A DNA stretch of 64,000 bases from Eledone cirrhosa (GCA_964016885.1 OZ024741.1:244156001-244220000), one strand, 5' to 3'; counted from the stretch's first letter, positions 23,201 to 38,900 are shown. Notes: generated by a model from the letters alone, not told the origin. Numbers and translations are program-made.

Positions 23201-26200
23201 ACATGGGCAGCTTTTCTTGAAAATCACACCACACTCAGCAAATGTGTGTCTGCACATGTACCAGTAATTACAGATCGATCCGACCACGGGCGGCCGGCCC
23301 ACGATCGAAAAGGTAACTCCGCCGGCAAATACGCATTTTTGTGATTCGTTTCTTCGAAGCACACCATTCGCCGCCGGACTTCAGCTTCCTCATTTAGCAT
23401 GGGCGGTTTTTCTTGAAAATCACACCACACGCAGCAAATGTGTGTCTGCACAGGTACCAGTACGTACAGATCGATCCGACCACGGGCGGCCGGCCCACAT
23501 TCGAAAAGGTTACTCCGCCTGCAAATCGTCATTTTCGGATTCGTTTTCTTCGAAGCACACCATTCGCCGGCGGACTTCAGCTGCCTCATTTAACATGAGC
23601 AGTTTTTCTTGAAGATCACACCACACACCGCCATTGAGTGTCTGCACATGTACCAGTAATTACAGATCGATCCGACCCCGGGCGGCCGGCCCACGATCGA
23701 AAAGGTAACTCCGCCGGCAAATCCGCATTTTTGTGATTCGTTTCTTCGAAGCACACCATTCGCCGCCGGACTTCAGCTTCCTCATTTAGCATGGGCGGTT
23801 TTTCTTGAAAATCACACCACACACAGCAAATGTGTGTCTGCACATGTGCCAGTACGTACAGATCGATCCGACCACGGGCGGCCGGCCCACATTCGAAAAG
23901 GTTACTCCGCCTGCAAATCGTCATTTTCGGATTCGTTTTCTTCGAAGCACACCATTCGCCGGCGGACTTCAGCTGCCTCATTTAACATGGGCAGTTTTTC
24001 TTGAAGATCACACCACACACCGCCAATGAGTGTTTGCACATGTACCAGTAATTACAGATCGATCCGACCAGGGGCGGCCGGCCCACGATCGAGAAAAAGG
24101 TAACTCCGCCGGCAAATAGTCATTTTTGTGATTCGTTTTCTTCGAAGCACACCATTCGCCGCCGGACTTCAGCTTCCTCATTTAGCATGGGCAGCTTTTC
24201 TTGAAAATCACACCACACACAGAAAATGTGTGTCTGCACAGGTACCAGTAATTACAGATCGATCCGACCACGGGCGGCCGGCCCACGATCGAAAAGGTAA
24301 CTCCGCCGGCAAATCCGCATTTTTGTGATTCGTTTCTTCGAAGCACACCATTCGCCGCCGGACTTCAGCTTCCTCATTTAGCATGGGCAGCTTTTCTTGA
24401 AAATCACACCACACACAGCAAATCTGTGTCTGCACATTTACCAGTAATTACAGATCGATCCGACCACGGGCGGCCGGCCCACGATCGAAAAGGTAACTCC
24501 GCCGGCAAATCCGCATTTTTGTGATTCGTTTCTTCGAAGCACACCATTCGCCGCCGGACTTCAGCTTCCTCATTTAGCATGGGCAGCTTTTCTTGAAAAT
24601 CACACCACACACAGCCAATGAGTGTCTGCACATCTACCAGTAATTACAGATCGATCCGACCACGGGCGGCCGGCCCACAATCAAAAAGGTAACTCCGCCG
24701 GCAAATTCGCATTTTTGTGATTCGTTTCTTCGAAGCACACCATTCGTTGGTGGACTTCAGCTTCCTCATTTAGCATGGGCAGCTTTTCTTGAAAATCACA
24801 CCACACACAGCAAATGTGTGTCTGCACATTTACCAGTAATTACAGATCGATCCGACCACGGGCGGCCGGCTCACGATCGAAAAGGTAACTCCGCCGGCAA
24901 ATTCGCATTTTTGTGATTCGTTTCTTCGAAGCACACCATTCGCTGGTGGACTTCAGCTTCCTCATTTAACATGGGCAGCTTTTCTTGAAAATCACACCAC
25001 ACACAGAAAATGTGTGTCTGCACAGGTACCAGTAATTACAGATCGATCCGACCACGGGCGGCCGGCCCACGATCGAAAAGGTAACTCCGCCGGCAAATCC
25101 GCATTTTTGTGATTCGTTTCTTCGAAGCACACCATTCGCCGCCGGACTTCAGCTTCCTCATTTAGCATGGGCAGCTTTTCTTAAAAATCACACCACACTC
25201 AGCAAATGTGTGTCTGCACATGTACCAGTACGTACAGATCGATCCGACCACGGGCGGCCGGCCCACATTCGAAAAGGTTACTCCGCCTGCAAATCGTCAT
25301 TTTCGGATTCGTTTTCTTCGAAGCACACCATTCGCCGGCGGACTTCAGCTGCCTCATTTAACATGGGCAGTTTTTCTTGAAGATCACACCACACACCGCC
25401 AATGAGTGTTTGCACATGTACCAGTAATTACAGATCGATCCGACCACGGGCGGCCGGCCCACGATCGAGAAAAAGGTAACTCCGCCGGCAAATAGTCATT
25501 TTTGTGATTCGTTTTCTTCGAAGCACACCATTAGCCGCCGGACTTCAGCTTCCTCATTTAGCATGGGCAGCTTTTCTTGAAAATCACACCACACACAGAA
25601 AATGTGTGTCTGCACAGGTACCAGTAATTACAGATCGATCCGACCACGGGCGGCCGGCCCACGATCGAAAAGGTAACTCCGCCGGCAAATCCGCATTTTT
25701 GTGATTCGTTTCTTCGAAGCACACCATTCGCCGCCGGACTTCAGCTTCCTCATTTAGCATGGGCAGCTTTTCTTGAAAATCACACCACACACAGCAAATC
25801 TGTGTCTGCACATTTACCAGTAATTACAGATCGATCCGACCACGGGCGGCCGGCCCACGATCGAAAAGGTAACTCCGCCGGCAAATCCGCATTTTTGTGA
25901 TTCGTTTCTTCGACGCACACCATTCGCTGGTGGACTTCAGCTTCCTCATTTAACATGGGCAGCTTTTCTTGAAAATCACACCACACTCAGCAATTGTGTG
26001 TCTGCACATGTACCAGTAATTACAGATCGATCCGCCCACGGGCGGCCGACCCACGATCGAAAATGTAACTCCGCCGGCAAATTCGCATTTTTGTCATTCG
26101 TTTCTTCGAAGCACACCATTCGCTGGTGGACATCAGCTTCCTTATTTAGCATGGGCAGCTTTTCTTGAAAATCAAACCACACACAGCAAATGTGTGTCTG

Positions 26201-26564
26201 CACAGGTACCAGTAATTACAGATCGATCCGACCACGGGCGGCCGGCCCACGATCGAAAAGGTAACTCCGCCGGCAAATAGTCATTTTTGTGATTCGTTTT
26301 CTTCGAAGCACACCATTAGCCGCCGGACTTCAGCTTCCTCATTTAGCATGGGCAGCTTTTCTTGAAAATCACACCACACACAGAAAATGTGTGTCTGCAC
26401 AGGTGCCAGTAATTACAGATCGATCCGACCACGGGCGGCCGGCCCACGATCGAAAAGGTAACTCCGCCGGCAAATCCGCATTTTTGTGATTCGTTTCTTC
26501 GAAGCACACCATTCGCCGCCGGACTTCAGCTTCCTCATTTAGCATGGGCAGCTTTTCTTGAAAA

Positions 26565-29500
26565 TCACACCACACACAGCAAATCTGTGTCTGCACATTT
26601 ACCAGTAATTACAGATCGATCCGACCACGGGCGGCCGGCCCACGATCGAAAAGGTAACTCCGCCGGCAAATCCGCATTTTTGTGATTCGTTTCTTCGAAG
26701 CACACCATTCGCCGCCGGACTTCAGCTTCCTCATTTAGCATGGGCAGCTTTTCTTGAAAATCACACCACACACAGCCAATGAGGCTCTGCACATCTACCA
26801 GTAATTACAGATCGATCCGACCACGGGCGGCCGGCCCACAATCGAAAAGGTAACTCCGCCGGCAAATTCGCATTTTTGTGATTCGTTTCTTCGAAGCACA
26901 CCATTCGTTGGTGGACTTCAGCTTCCTCATTTAGCATGGGCAGCTTTTCTTGAAAATCACACCACACACAGCAAATGTGTGTCTGCACATTTACCAGTAA
27001 TTACAGATCGATCCGACCACGGGCGGCCGGCTCACGATCGAAAAGGTAACTCCGCCGGCAAATTCGCATTTTTGTGATTCGTTTCTTCGAAGCACACCAT
27101 TCGCTGGTGGACTTCAGCTTCCTCATTTAACATGGGCAGCTTTTCTTGAAAATCACACCACACACAGAAAATGTGTGTCTGCACAGGTACCAGTAATTAC
27201 AGATCGATCCGACCACGGGCGGCCGGCCCACGATCGAAAAGGTAACTCCGCCGGCAAATCCGCATTTTTGTGATTCGTTTCTTCGAAGCACACCATTCGC
27301 CGCCGGACTTCAGCTTCCTCATTTAGCATGGGCAGCTTTTCTTGAAAATCACACCACACACAGCAAATCTGTGTCTGCACATTTACCAGTAATTACAGAT
27401 CGATCCGACCACGGGCGGCCGGCCCACGATCGAAAAGGTAACTCCGCCGGCAAATCCGCATTTTTGTGATTCGTTTCTTCGAAGCACACCATTCGCCGCC
27501 GGACTTCAGCTTCCTCATTTAGCATGGGCAGCTTTTCTTAAAAATCACACCACACTCAGCAAATGTGTGTCTGCACATGTACCAGTACGTACAGATCGAT
27601 CCGACCACGGGCGGCCGGCCCACATTCGAAAAGGTTACTCCGCCTGCAAATCGTCATTTTCGGATTCGTTTTCTTCGAAGCACACCATTCGCCGGCGGAC
27701 TTCAGCTGCCTCATTTAACATGGGCAGCTTTTCTTGAAGATCACACCACACACCGCCAATGAGTGTTTGCACATGTACCAGTAATTACAGATCGATCCGA
27801 CCACGGGCGGCCGGCCCACGATCGAGAAAAAGGTAACTCCGCCGGCAAATAGTCATTTTTGTGATTCGTTTTCTTCGAAGCACACCATTAGCCGCCGGAC
27901 TTCAGCTTCCTCATTTAGCATGGGCAGCTTTTCTTGAAAATCACACCACACACAGAAGATGTGTGTCTGCACAGGTACCAGTAATTACAGATCGATCCGA
28001 CCACGGGCGGCCGGCCCACGATCGAAAAGGTAACTCCGCCGGCAAATCCGCATTTTTGTGATTCGTTTCTTCGAAGCACACCATTCGCCGCCGGACTTCA
28101 GCTTCCTCATTTAGCATGGGCAGCTTTTCTTGAAAATCACACCACACACAGCAAATCTGTGTCTGCACATTTACCAGTAATTACAGATCGATCCGACCAC
28201 GGGCGGCCGGCCCACGATCGAAAAGGTAACTCCGCCGGCAAATCCCCATTTTTGTGATTCGTTTCTTCGAAGCACACCATTCGCCGCCGGACTTCAGCTT
28301 CCTCATTTAGCATGGGCAGCTTTTCTTAAAAATCACACCACACTCAGCAAATGTGTGTCTGCACATGTAACAGTACGTACAGATCGATCCGACCACGGGC
28401 GGCCGGCCCACATTCGAAAAGGTTACTCCGCCTGCAAATCGTCATTTTCGGATTCGTTTTCTTCGAAGCACACCATTCGCCGGCGGACTTCAGCTGCCTC
28501 ATTTAACATGGGCAGTTTTTCTTGAAGATCACACCACACACCGCCAATGAGTGTTTGCACATGTACCAGTAATTACAGATCGATCCGACCACGGGCGGCC
28601 GGCCCACGATCGAGAAAAAGGTAACTCCGCCGGCAAATAGTCATTTTTGTGATTCGTTTTCTTCGAAGCACACCATTAGCCGCCGGACTTCAGCTTCCTC
28701 ATTTAGCATGGGCAGCTTTTCTTGAAAATCACACCACACACAGAAAATGTGTGTCTGCACAGGTACCAGTAATTACAGATCGATCCGACCACGGGCGGCC
28801 GGCCCACGATCGAAAAGGTAACTCCGCCGGCAAATCCGCATTTTTGTGATTCGTTTCTTCGAAGCACACCATTCGCCGCCGGACTTCAGCTTCCTCATTT
28901 AGCATGGGCAGCTTTTCTTGAAAATCACACCACACACAGCAAATCTATGTCTGCACATTTACCAGTAATTACAGATCGATCCGACCACGGGCGGCCGGCC
29001 CACGATCGAAAAGGTAACTCCGCCGGCAAATCCGCATTTTTGTGATTCGTTTCTTCGAAGCACACCATTCGCTGGTGGACTTCAGCTTCCTCATTTAACA
29101 TGGGCAGCTTTTCTTGAAAATCACACCACACTCAGCAATTGTGTGTCTGCACATGTACCAGTAATTACAGATCGATCCGCCCACGGGCGGCCGACCCACG
29201 ATCGAAAATGTAACTCCGCCGGCAAATTCGCATTTTTGTCATTCGTTTCTTCGAAGCACACCATTCGCTGGTGGACATCAGCTTCCTTATTTAGCATGGG
29301 CAGCTTTTCTTGAAAATCAAACCACACACAGCAAATGTGTGTCTGCACAGGTACCAGTAATTACAGATCGATCCGACCACGGGCGGCCGGCCCACGATCG
29401 AAAAGGTAACTCCGCCGGCAAATAGTCATTTTTGTGATTCGTTTTCTTCGAAGCACACCATTAGCCGCCGGACTTCAGCTTCCTCATTTAGCATGGGCAG

Positions 29501-32500
29501 CTTTTCTTGAAAATCACACCACACACAGAAAATGTGTGTCTGCACAGGTCCCAGTAATTACAGATCGATCCGACCACGGGCGGCCGGCCCACGATCGAAA
29601 AGGTAACTCCGCCGGCAAATCCGCATTTTTGTGATTCGTTTCTTCGAAGCACACCATTCGCCGCCGGACTTCAGCTTCCTCATTTAGCATGGGCAGCTTT
29701 TCTTGAAAATCACACCACACACAGCAAATCTGTGTCTGCACATTTACCAGTAATTACAGATCGATCCGACCACGGGCGGCCGGCCCACGATCGAAAAGGT
29801 AACTCCGCCGGCAAATCCGCATTTTTGTGATTCGTTTCTTCGAAGCACACCATTCGCCGCCGGACTTCAGCTTCCTCATTTAGCATGGGCAGCTTTTCTT
29901 GAAAATCACACCACACACAGCCAATGAGGCTCTGCACATCTACCAGTAATTACAGATCGATCCGACCACGGGCGGCCGGCCCACAATCAAAAAGGTAACT
30001 CCGCCGGCAAATTCGCATTTTTGTGATTCGTTTCTTCGAAGCACACCATTCGTTGGTGGACTTCAGCTTCCTCATTTAGCATGGGCAGCTTTTCTTGAAA
30101 ATCACACCACACACAGCAAATGTGTGTCTGCACATTTACCAGTAATTACAGATCGATCCGACCACGGGCGGCCGGCTCACGATCGAAAAGGTAACTCCGC
30201 CGGCAAATTCGCATTTTTGTGATTCGTTTCTTCGAAGCACACCATTCGCTGGTGGACTTCAGCTTCCTCATTTAACATGGGCAGCTTTTCTTGAAAATCA
30301 CACCACACACAGAAAATGTGTGTCTGCACAGGTACCAGTAATTACAGATCGATCCGACCACGGGCGGCCGGCCCACGATCGAAAAGGTAACTCCGCCGGC
30401 AAATCCGCATTTTTGTGATTCGTTTCTTCGAAGCACACCATTCGCCGCCGGACTTCAGCTTCCTCATTTAGCATGGGCAGCTTTTCTTGAAAATCACACC
30501 ACACACAGCAAATCTGTGTCTGCACATTTACCAGTAATTACAGATCGATCCGACCACGGGCGGCCGGCCCACGATCGAAAAGGTAACTCCGCCGGCAAAT
30601 CCGCATTTTTGTGATTCGTTTCTTCGAAGCACACCATTCGCCGCCGGACTTCAGCTTCCTCATTTAGCATGGGCAGCTTTTCTTAAAAATCACACCACAC
30701 TCAGCAAATGTGTGTCTGCACATGTACCAGTACGTACAGATCGATCCGACCACGGGCGGCCGGCCCACATTCGAAAAGGTTACTCCGCCTGCAAATCGTC
30801 ATTTTCGGATTCGTTTTCTTCGAAGCACACCATTCGCCGGCGGACTTCAGCTGCCTCATTTAACATGGGCAGTTTTTCTTGAAGATCACACCACACACCG
30901 CCAATGAGTGTTTGCACATGTACCAGTAATTACAGATCGATCCGACCACGGGCGGCCGGCCCACGATCGAGAAAAAGGTAACTCCGCCGGCAAATAGTCA
31001 TTTTTGTGATTCGTTTTCTTCGAAGCACACCATTAGCCGCCGGACTTCAGCTTCCTCATTTAGCATGGGCAGCTTTTCTTGAAAATCACACCACACACAG
31101 AAAATGTGTGTCTGCACAGGTACCAGTAATTACAGATCGATCCGACCACGGGCGGCCGGCCCACGATCGAAAAGGTAACTCCGCCGGCAAATCCGCATTT
31201 TTGTGATTCGTTTCTTCGAAGCACACCATTCGCCGCCGGACTTCAGCTTCCTCATTTAACATGGGCAGCTTTTCTTGAAAATCACACCACACACAGCAAA
31301 TCTGTGTCTGCACATTTACCAGTAATTACAGATCGATCCGACCACGGGCGGCCGGCCCACGATCGAAAAGGTAACTCCGCCGGCAAATCCGCATTTTTGT
31401 GATTCGTTTCTTCGAAGCACACCATTCGCCGCCGGACTTCAGCTTCCTCATTTAGCATGGGCAGCTTTTCTTGAAAATCACACCACACACAGCCAATGAG
31501 GGTCTGCACATCTACCAGTAATTACAGATCGATCCGACCACGGGCGGCCGGCCCACAATCAAAAAGGTAACTCCGCCGGCAAATTCGCATTTTTGTGATT
31601 CGTTTCTTCGAAGCACACCATTCGCTGGTGGACTTCAGCTTCCTCATTTAACATGGGCAGCTTTTCTTGAAAATCACACCACACACAGCAAATGTGTGTC
31701 TGCACATTTACCAGTAATTACAGATCGATCCGACCACGGGCGGCCGGCTCACGATCGAAAAGGTAACTCCGCCGGCAAATTCGCATTTTTGTGATTCGTT
31801 TCTTCGAAGCACACCATTCGCTGGTGGACTTCAGCTTCCTCATTTAACATGGGCAGCTTTTCTTGAAAATCACACCACACACAGAAAATGTGTGTCTGCA
31901 CAGGTACCAGTAATTACAGATCGATCCGACCACGGGCGGCCGGCCCATGATCGAAAAGGTAACTCCGCCGGCAAATCCGCATTTTTGTGATTCGTTTCTT
32001 CGAAGCACACCATTCGCCGCCGGACTTCAGCTTCCTCATTTAGCATGGGCAGCTTTTCTTGAAAATCACACCACACACAGCAAATCTGTGTCTGCACATT
32101 TACCAGTAATTACAGATCGATCCGACCACGGGCGGCCGGCCCACGATCGAAAAGGTAACTCCGCCGGCAAATCCGCATTTTTGTGATTCGTTTCTTCGAA
32201 GCACACCATTCGCCGCCGGACTTCAGCTTCCTCATTTAGCATGGGCAGCTTTTCTTAAAAATCACACCACACTCAGCAAATGTGTGTCTGCACATGTACC
32301 AGTACGTACAGATCGATCCGACCACGGGCGGCCGGCCCACATTCGAAAAGGTTACTCCGCCTGCAAATCGTCATTTTCGGATTCGTTTTCTTCGAAGCAC
32401 ACCATTCGCCGGCGGACTTCAGCTGCCTCATTTAACATGGGCAGTTTTTCTTGAAGATCACACCACACACCGCCAATGAGTGTTTGCACATGTACCAGTA

Positions 32501-35500
32501 ATTACAGATCGATCCGACCACGGGCGGCCGGCCCACGATCGAGAAAAAGGTAACTCCGCCGGCAAATAGTCATTTTTGTGATTCGTTTTCTTCGAAGCAC
32601 ACCATTAGCCGCCGGACTTCAGCTTCCTCATTTAGCATGGGCAGCTTTTCTTGAAAATCACACCACACACAGAAAATGTGTGTCTGCACAGGTACCAGTA
32701 ATTACAGATCGATCCGACCACGGGCGGCCGGCCCACGATCGAAAAGGTAACTCCGCCGGCAAATCCGCATTTTTGTGATTCGTTTCTTCGAAGCACACCA
32801 TTCGCCGCCGGACTTCAGCTTCCTCATTTAGCATGGGCAGCTTTTCTTGAAAATCACACCACACACAGCAAATCTGTGTCTGCACATTTACCAGTAATTA
32901 CAGATCGATCCGACCACGGGCGGCCGGCCCACGATCGAAAAGGTAACTCCGCCGGCAAATCCGCATTTTTGTGATTCGTTTCTTCGAAGCACACCATTCG
33001 CCGCCGGACTTCAGCTTCCTCATTTAGCATGGGCAGCTTTTCTTAAAAATCACACCACACTCAGCAAATGTGTGTCTGCACATGTACCAGTACGTACAGA
33101 TCGATCCGACCACGGGCGGCCGGCCCACATTCGAAAAGGTTACTCCGCCTGCAAATCGTCATTTTCGGATTCGTTTTCTTCGAAGCACACCATTCGCCGG
33201 CGGACTTCAGCTGCCTCATTTAACATGGGCAGTTTTTCTTGAAGATCACACCACACACCGCCAATGAGTGTTTGCACATGTACCAGTAATTACAGATCGA
33301 TCCGACCACGGGCGGCCGGCCCACGATCGAGAAAAAGGTAACTCCGCCGGCAAATAGTCATTTTTGTGATTCGTTTTCTTCGAAGCACACCATTAGCCGC
33401 CGGACTTCAGCTTCCTCATTTAGCATGGGCAGCTTTTCTTGAAAATCACACCACACACAGAAAATGTGTGTCTGCACAGGTACCAGTAATTACAGATCGA
33501 TCCGACCACGGGCGGCCGGCCCACGATCGAAAAGGTAACTCCGCCGGCAAATCCGCATTTTTGTGATTCGTTTCTTCGAAGCACACCATTCGCCGCCGGA
33601 CTTCAGCTTCCTCATTTAGCATGGGCAGCTTTTCTTGAAAATCACACCACACACAGCAAATCTGTGTCTGCACATTTACCAGTAATTACAGATCGATCCG
33701 ACCACGGGCGGCCGGCCCACGATCGAAAAGGTAACTCCGCCGGCAAATCCGCATTTTTGTGATTCGTTTCTTCGAAGCACACCATTCGCTGGTGGACTTC
33801 AGCTTCCTCATTTAACATGGGCAGCTTTTCTTGAAAATCACACCACACTCAGCAATTGTGTGTCTGCACATGTACCAGTAATTACAGATCGATCCGCCCA
33901 CGGGCGGCCGACCCACGATCGAAAATGTAACTCCGCCGGCAAATTCGCATTTTTGTCATTCGTTTCTTCGAAGCACACCATTCGCTGGTGGACATCAGCT
34001 TCCTTATTTAGCATGGGCAGCTTTTCTTGAAAATCAAACCACACACAGCAAATGTGTGTCTGCACAGGTACCAGTAATTACAGATCGATCCGACCACGGG
34101 CGGCCGGCCCACGATCGAAAAGGTAACTCCGCCGGCAAATAGTCATTTTTGTGATTCGTTTTCTTCGAAGCACACCATTAGCCGCCGGACTTCAGCTTCC
34201 TCATTTAGCATGGGCAGCTTTTCTTGAAAATCACACCACACACAGAAAATGTGTGTCTGCACAGGTCCCAGTAATTACAGATCGATCCGACCACGGGCGG
34301 CCGGCCCACGATCGAAAAGGTAACTCCGCCGGCAAATCCGCATTTTTGTGATTCGTTTCTTCGAAGCACACCATTCGCCGCCGGACTTCAGCTTCCTCAT
34401 TTAGCATGGGCAGCTTTTCTTGAAAATCACACCACACACAGCAAATCTGTGTCTGCACATTTACCAGTAATTACAGATCGATCCGACCACGGGCGGCCGG
34501 CCCACGATCGAAAAGGTAACTCCGCCGGCAAATCCGCATTTTTGTGATTCGTTTCTTCGAAGCACACCATTCGCCGCCGGACTTCAGCTTCCTCATTTAG
34601 CATGGGCAGCTTTTCTTGAAAATCACACCACACACAGCCAATGAGGCTCTGCACATCTACCAGTAATTACAGATCGATCCGACCACGGGCGGCCGGCCCA
34701 CAATCAAAAAGGTAACTCCGCCGGCAAATTCGCATTTTTGTGATTCGTTTCTTCGAAGCACACCATTCGTTGGTGGACTTCAGCTTCCTCATTTAGCATG
34801 GGCAGCTTTTCTTGAAAATCACACCACACACAGCAAATGTGTGTCTGCACATTTACCAGTAATTACAGATCGATCCGACCACGGGCGGCCGGCTCACGAT
34901 CGAAAAGGTAACTCCGCCGGCAAATTCGCATTTTTGTGATTCGTTTCTTCGAAGCACACCATTCGCTGGTGGACTTCAGCTTCCTCATTTAACATGGGCA
35001 GCTTTTCTTGAAAATCACACCACACACAGAAAATGTGTGTCTGCACAGGTACCAGTAATTACAGATCGATCCGACCACGGGCGGCCGGCCCACGATCGAA
35101 AAGGTAACTCCGCCGGCAAATCCGCATTTTTGTGATTCGTTTCTTCGAAGCACACCATTCGCCGCCGGACTTCAGCTTCCTCATTTAGCATGGGCAGCTT
35201 TTCTTGAAAATCACACCACACACAGCAAATCTGTGTCTGCACATTTACCAGTAATTACAGATCGATCCGACCACGGGCGGCCGGCCCACGATCGAAAAGG
35301 TAACTCCGCCGGCAAATCCGCATTTTTGTGATTCGTTTCTTCGAAGCACACCATTCGCCGCCGGACTTCAGCTTCCTCATTTAGCATGGGCAGCTTTTCT
35401 TAAAAATCACACCACACTCAGCAAATGTGTGTCTGCACATGTACCAGTACGTACAGATCGATCCGACCACGGGCGGCCGGCCCACATTCGAAAAGGTTAC

Positions 35501-35998
35501 TCCGCCTGCAAATCGTCATTTTCGGATTCGTTTTCTTCGAAGCACACCATTCGCCGGCGGACTTCAGCTGCCTCATTTAACATGGGCAGTTTTTCTTGAA
35601 GATCACACCACACACCGCCAATGAGTGTTTGCACATGTACCAGTAATTACAGATCGATCCGACCACGGGCGGCCGGCCCACGATCGAGAAAAAGGTAACT
35701 CCGCCGGCAAATAGTCATTTTTGTGATTCGTTTTCTTCGAAGCACACCATTAGCCGCCGGACTTTAGCTTCCTCATTTAGCATGGGCAGCTTTTCTTGAA
35801 AATCACACCACACACAGAAAATGTGTGTCTGCACAGGTACCAGTAATTACAGATCGATCCAACCACGGGCGGCCGGCCCACGATCGAAAAGGTAACTCCG
35901 CCGGCAAATCCGCATTTTTGTGATTCGTTTCTTCGAAGCACACCATTCGCCGCCGGACTTCAGCTTCCTCATTTAACATGGGCAGCTTTTCTTGAAAA
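26565..35998 (+). repeat. Approximate tandem duplication of 24 monomers (4717 bp), built from 8-mer (1572 bp) and 4-mer (788 bp) sub-periods
   Basis: Offset 4717 (27153/31870, 27565/32282, 29121/33838, 29710/34427, 30710/35427). Shared AGGTCCC variant at 29550/34267 and a shared 197-bp hybrid monomer. Confidence 0.8.
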
Positions 35999-38900
35999 TC
36001 ACACCACACACAGCAAATCTGTGTCTGCACATTTACCAGTAATTACAGATCGATCCGACCACGGGCGGCCGGCCCACGATCGAAAAGGTAACTCCGCCGG
36101 CAAATCCGCATTTTTGTGATTCGTTTCTTCGAAGCACACCATTCGCCGCCGGACTTCAGCTTCCTCATTTAGCATGGGCAGCTTTTCTTGAAAATCACAC
36201 CACACACAGGAAATGTGTGTCTGCACAGGTACCAGTAATTACAGATCGATCCGACCACGGGCGGCCGGGCCACGATCGAAAAGGTAACTCCGCCGGCAAA
36301 TCCGCATTTTTGTGATTCGTTTCTTCGAAGCACACCATTCGCCGCCGGACTTCAGCTTCCCCATTTAGCATGGGCAGCTTTTCTTGAAAATCACACCACA
36401 CACAGAAAATGTGTGTCTGCACAGGTACCAGTAATTACAGATCGATCCGACCACGGGCGGCCGGCCCACGATCGAAAAGGTAACTCGGCCGGCAAATCCG
36501 CATTTTTGTGATTCGTTTCTTCGAAGCACACCATTCGCCGCCGGACTTCAGCTTCCTCATTTAGCATGGGCAGCTTTTCTTGAAAATCACACCACACACA
36601 GCCAATGAGGGTCTGCACATCTACCAGTAATTACAGATCGATCCGACCACGGGCGGCCGGCCCACAATCAAAAAGGTAACTCCGCCGGCAAATTCGCATT
36701 TTTGTGATTCGTTTCTTCGAAGCACACCATTCGTTGGTGGACTTCAGCTTCCTCATTTAGCATGGGCAGCTTTTCTTGAAAATCACACCACACACAGCAA
36801 ATGTGTGTCTGCACATTTACCAGTAATTACAGATCGATCCGACCACGGGCGGCCGGCTCACGATCGAAAAGGTAACTCCGCCGGCAAATTCGCATTTTTG
36901 TGATTCGTTTCTTCGAAGCACACCATTCGCTGGTGGACTTCAGCTTCCTCATTTAACATGGGCAGCTTTTCTTGAAAATCACACCACACACAGAAAATGT
37001 GTGTCTGCACAGGTACCAGTAATTACAGATCGATCCGACCACGGGCGGCCGGCCCACGATCGAAAAGGTAACTCCGCCGGCAAATCCGCATTTTTGTGAT
37101 TCGTTTCTTCGAAGCACACCATTCGCCGCCGGACTTCAGCTTCCTCATTTAGCATGGGCAGCTTTTCTTGAAAATCACACCACACACAGCAAATCTGTGT
37201 CTGCACATTTACCAGTAATTACAGATCGATCCGACCACGGGCGGCCGGCCCACGATCGAAAAGGTAACTCCGCCGGCAAATCCGCATTTTTGTGATTCGT
37301 TTCTTCGAAGCACACCATTCGCCGCCGGACTTCAGCTTCCTCATTTAGCATGGGCAGCTTTTCTTAAAAATCACACCACACTCAGCAAATGTGTGTCTGC
37401 ACATGTACCAGTACGTACAGATCGATCCGACCACGGGCGGCCGGCCCACATTCGAAAAGGTTACTCCGCCTGCAAATCGTCATTTTCGGATTCGTTTTCT
37501 TCGAAGCACACCATTCGCCGGCGGACTTCAGCTGCCTCATTTAACATGGGCAGTTTTTCTTGAAGATCACACCACACACCGCCAATGAGTGTTTGCACAT
37601 GTACCAGTAATTACAGATCGATCCGACCACGGGCGGCCGGCCCACGATCGAGAAAAAGGTAACTCCGCCGGCAAATAGTCATTTTTGTGATTCGTTTTCT
37701 TCGAAGCACACCATTAGCCGCCGGACTTCAGCTTCCTCATTTAGCATGGGCAGCTTTTCTTGAAAATCACACCACACACAGAAAATGTGTGTCTGCACAG
37801 GTACCAGTAATTACAGATCGATCCGACCACGGGCGGCCGGCCCACGATCGAAAAGGTAACTCCGCCGGCAAATCCGCATTTTTGTGATTCGTTTCTTCGA
37901 AGCACACCATTCGCCGCCGGACTTCAGCTTCCTCATTTAGCATGGGCAGCTTTTCTTGAAAATCACACCACACACAGCAAATCTGTGTCTGCACATTTAC
38001 CAGTAATTACAGATCGATCCGACCACGGGCGGCCGGCCCACGATCGAAAAGGTAACTCCGCCGGCAAATCCGCATTTTTGTGATTCGTTTCTTCGAAGCA
38101 CACCATTCGCTGGTGGACTTCAGCTTCCTCATTTAACATGGGCAGCTTTTCTTGAAAATCACACCACAATCAGCAATTGTGTGTCTGCACATGTACCAGT
38201 AATTACAGATCGATCCGCCCACGGGCGGCCGACCCACGATCGAAAATGTAACTCCGCCGGCAAATTCGCATTTTTGTCATTCGTTTCTTCGAAGCACACC
38301 ATTCGCCGCCGGACTTCAGCTTCCTCATTTAGCATGCGCAGCTTTTCTTGAAAATCACACCACACACAGAAAATGTGTGTCTGCACATGTACCAGTAATT
38401 ACAGATCGATCCAACCACGGGCGGCCGGCCCACGATCGAGAAAAAGATAACTCCGCCGGCAAATAGTCATTTTTGTGATTCGTTTTCTTCGAAGCACACC
38501 ATTAGCCGCCGGACTTCAGCTTCCTCATTTAGCATGGGCAGCTTTTCTTGAAAATCACACCACACACAGAAAATGTGTGTCTGCACAGGTACCAGTAATT
38601 ACAGATCGATCCGACCACGGGCGGCCGGCCCACGATCGAAAAGGTAACTCCGCCGGCAAATCCGCATTTTTGTGATTCGTTTCTTCGAAGCACACCATTC
38701 GCCGCCGGACTTCAGCTTCCTCATTTAGCATGGGCAGCTTTTCTTGAAAATCACACCACACACAGCAAATGTGTGTCTGCACATTTACCAGTAATTACAG
38801 ATCGATCCGACCACGGGCGGCCGGCTCACGATCGAAAAGGTAACTCCGCCGGCAAATTCGCATTTTTGTGATTCGTTTCTTCGAAGCACACCATTCGCTG

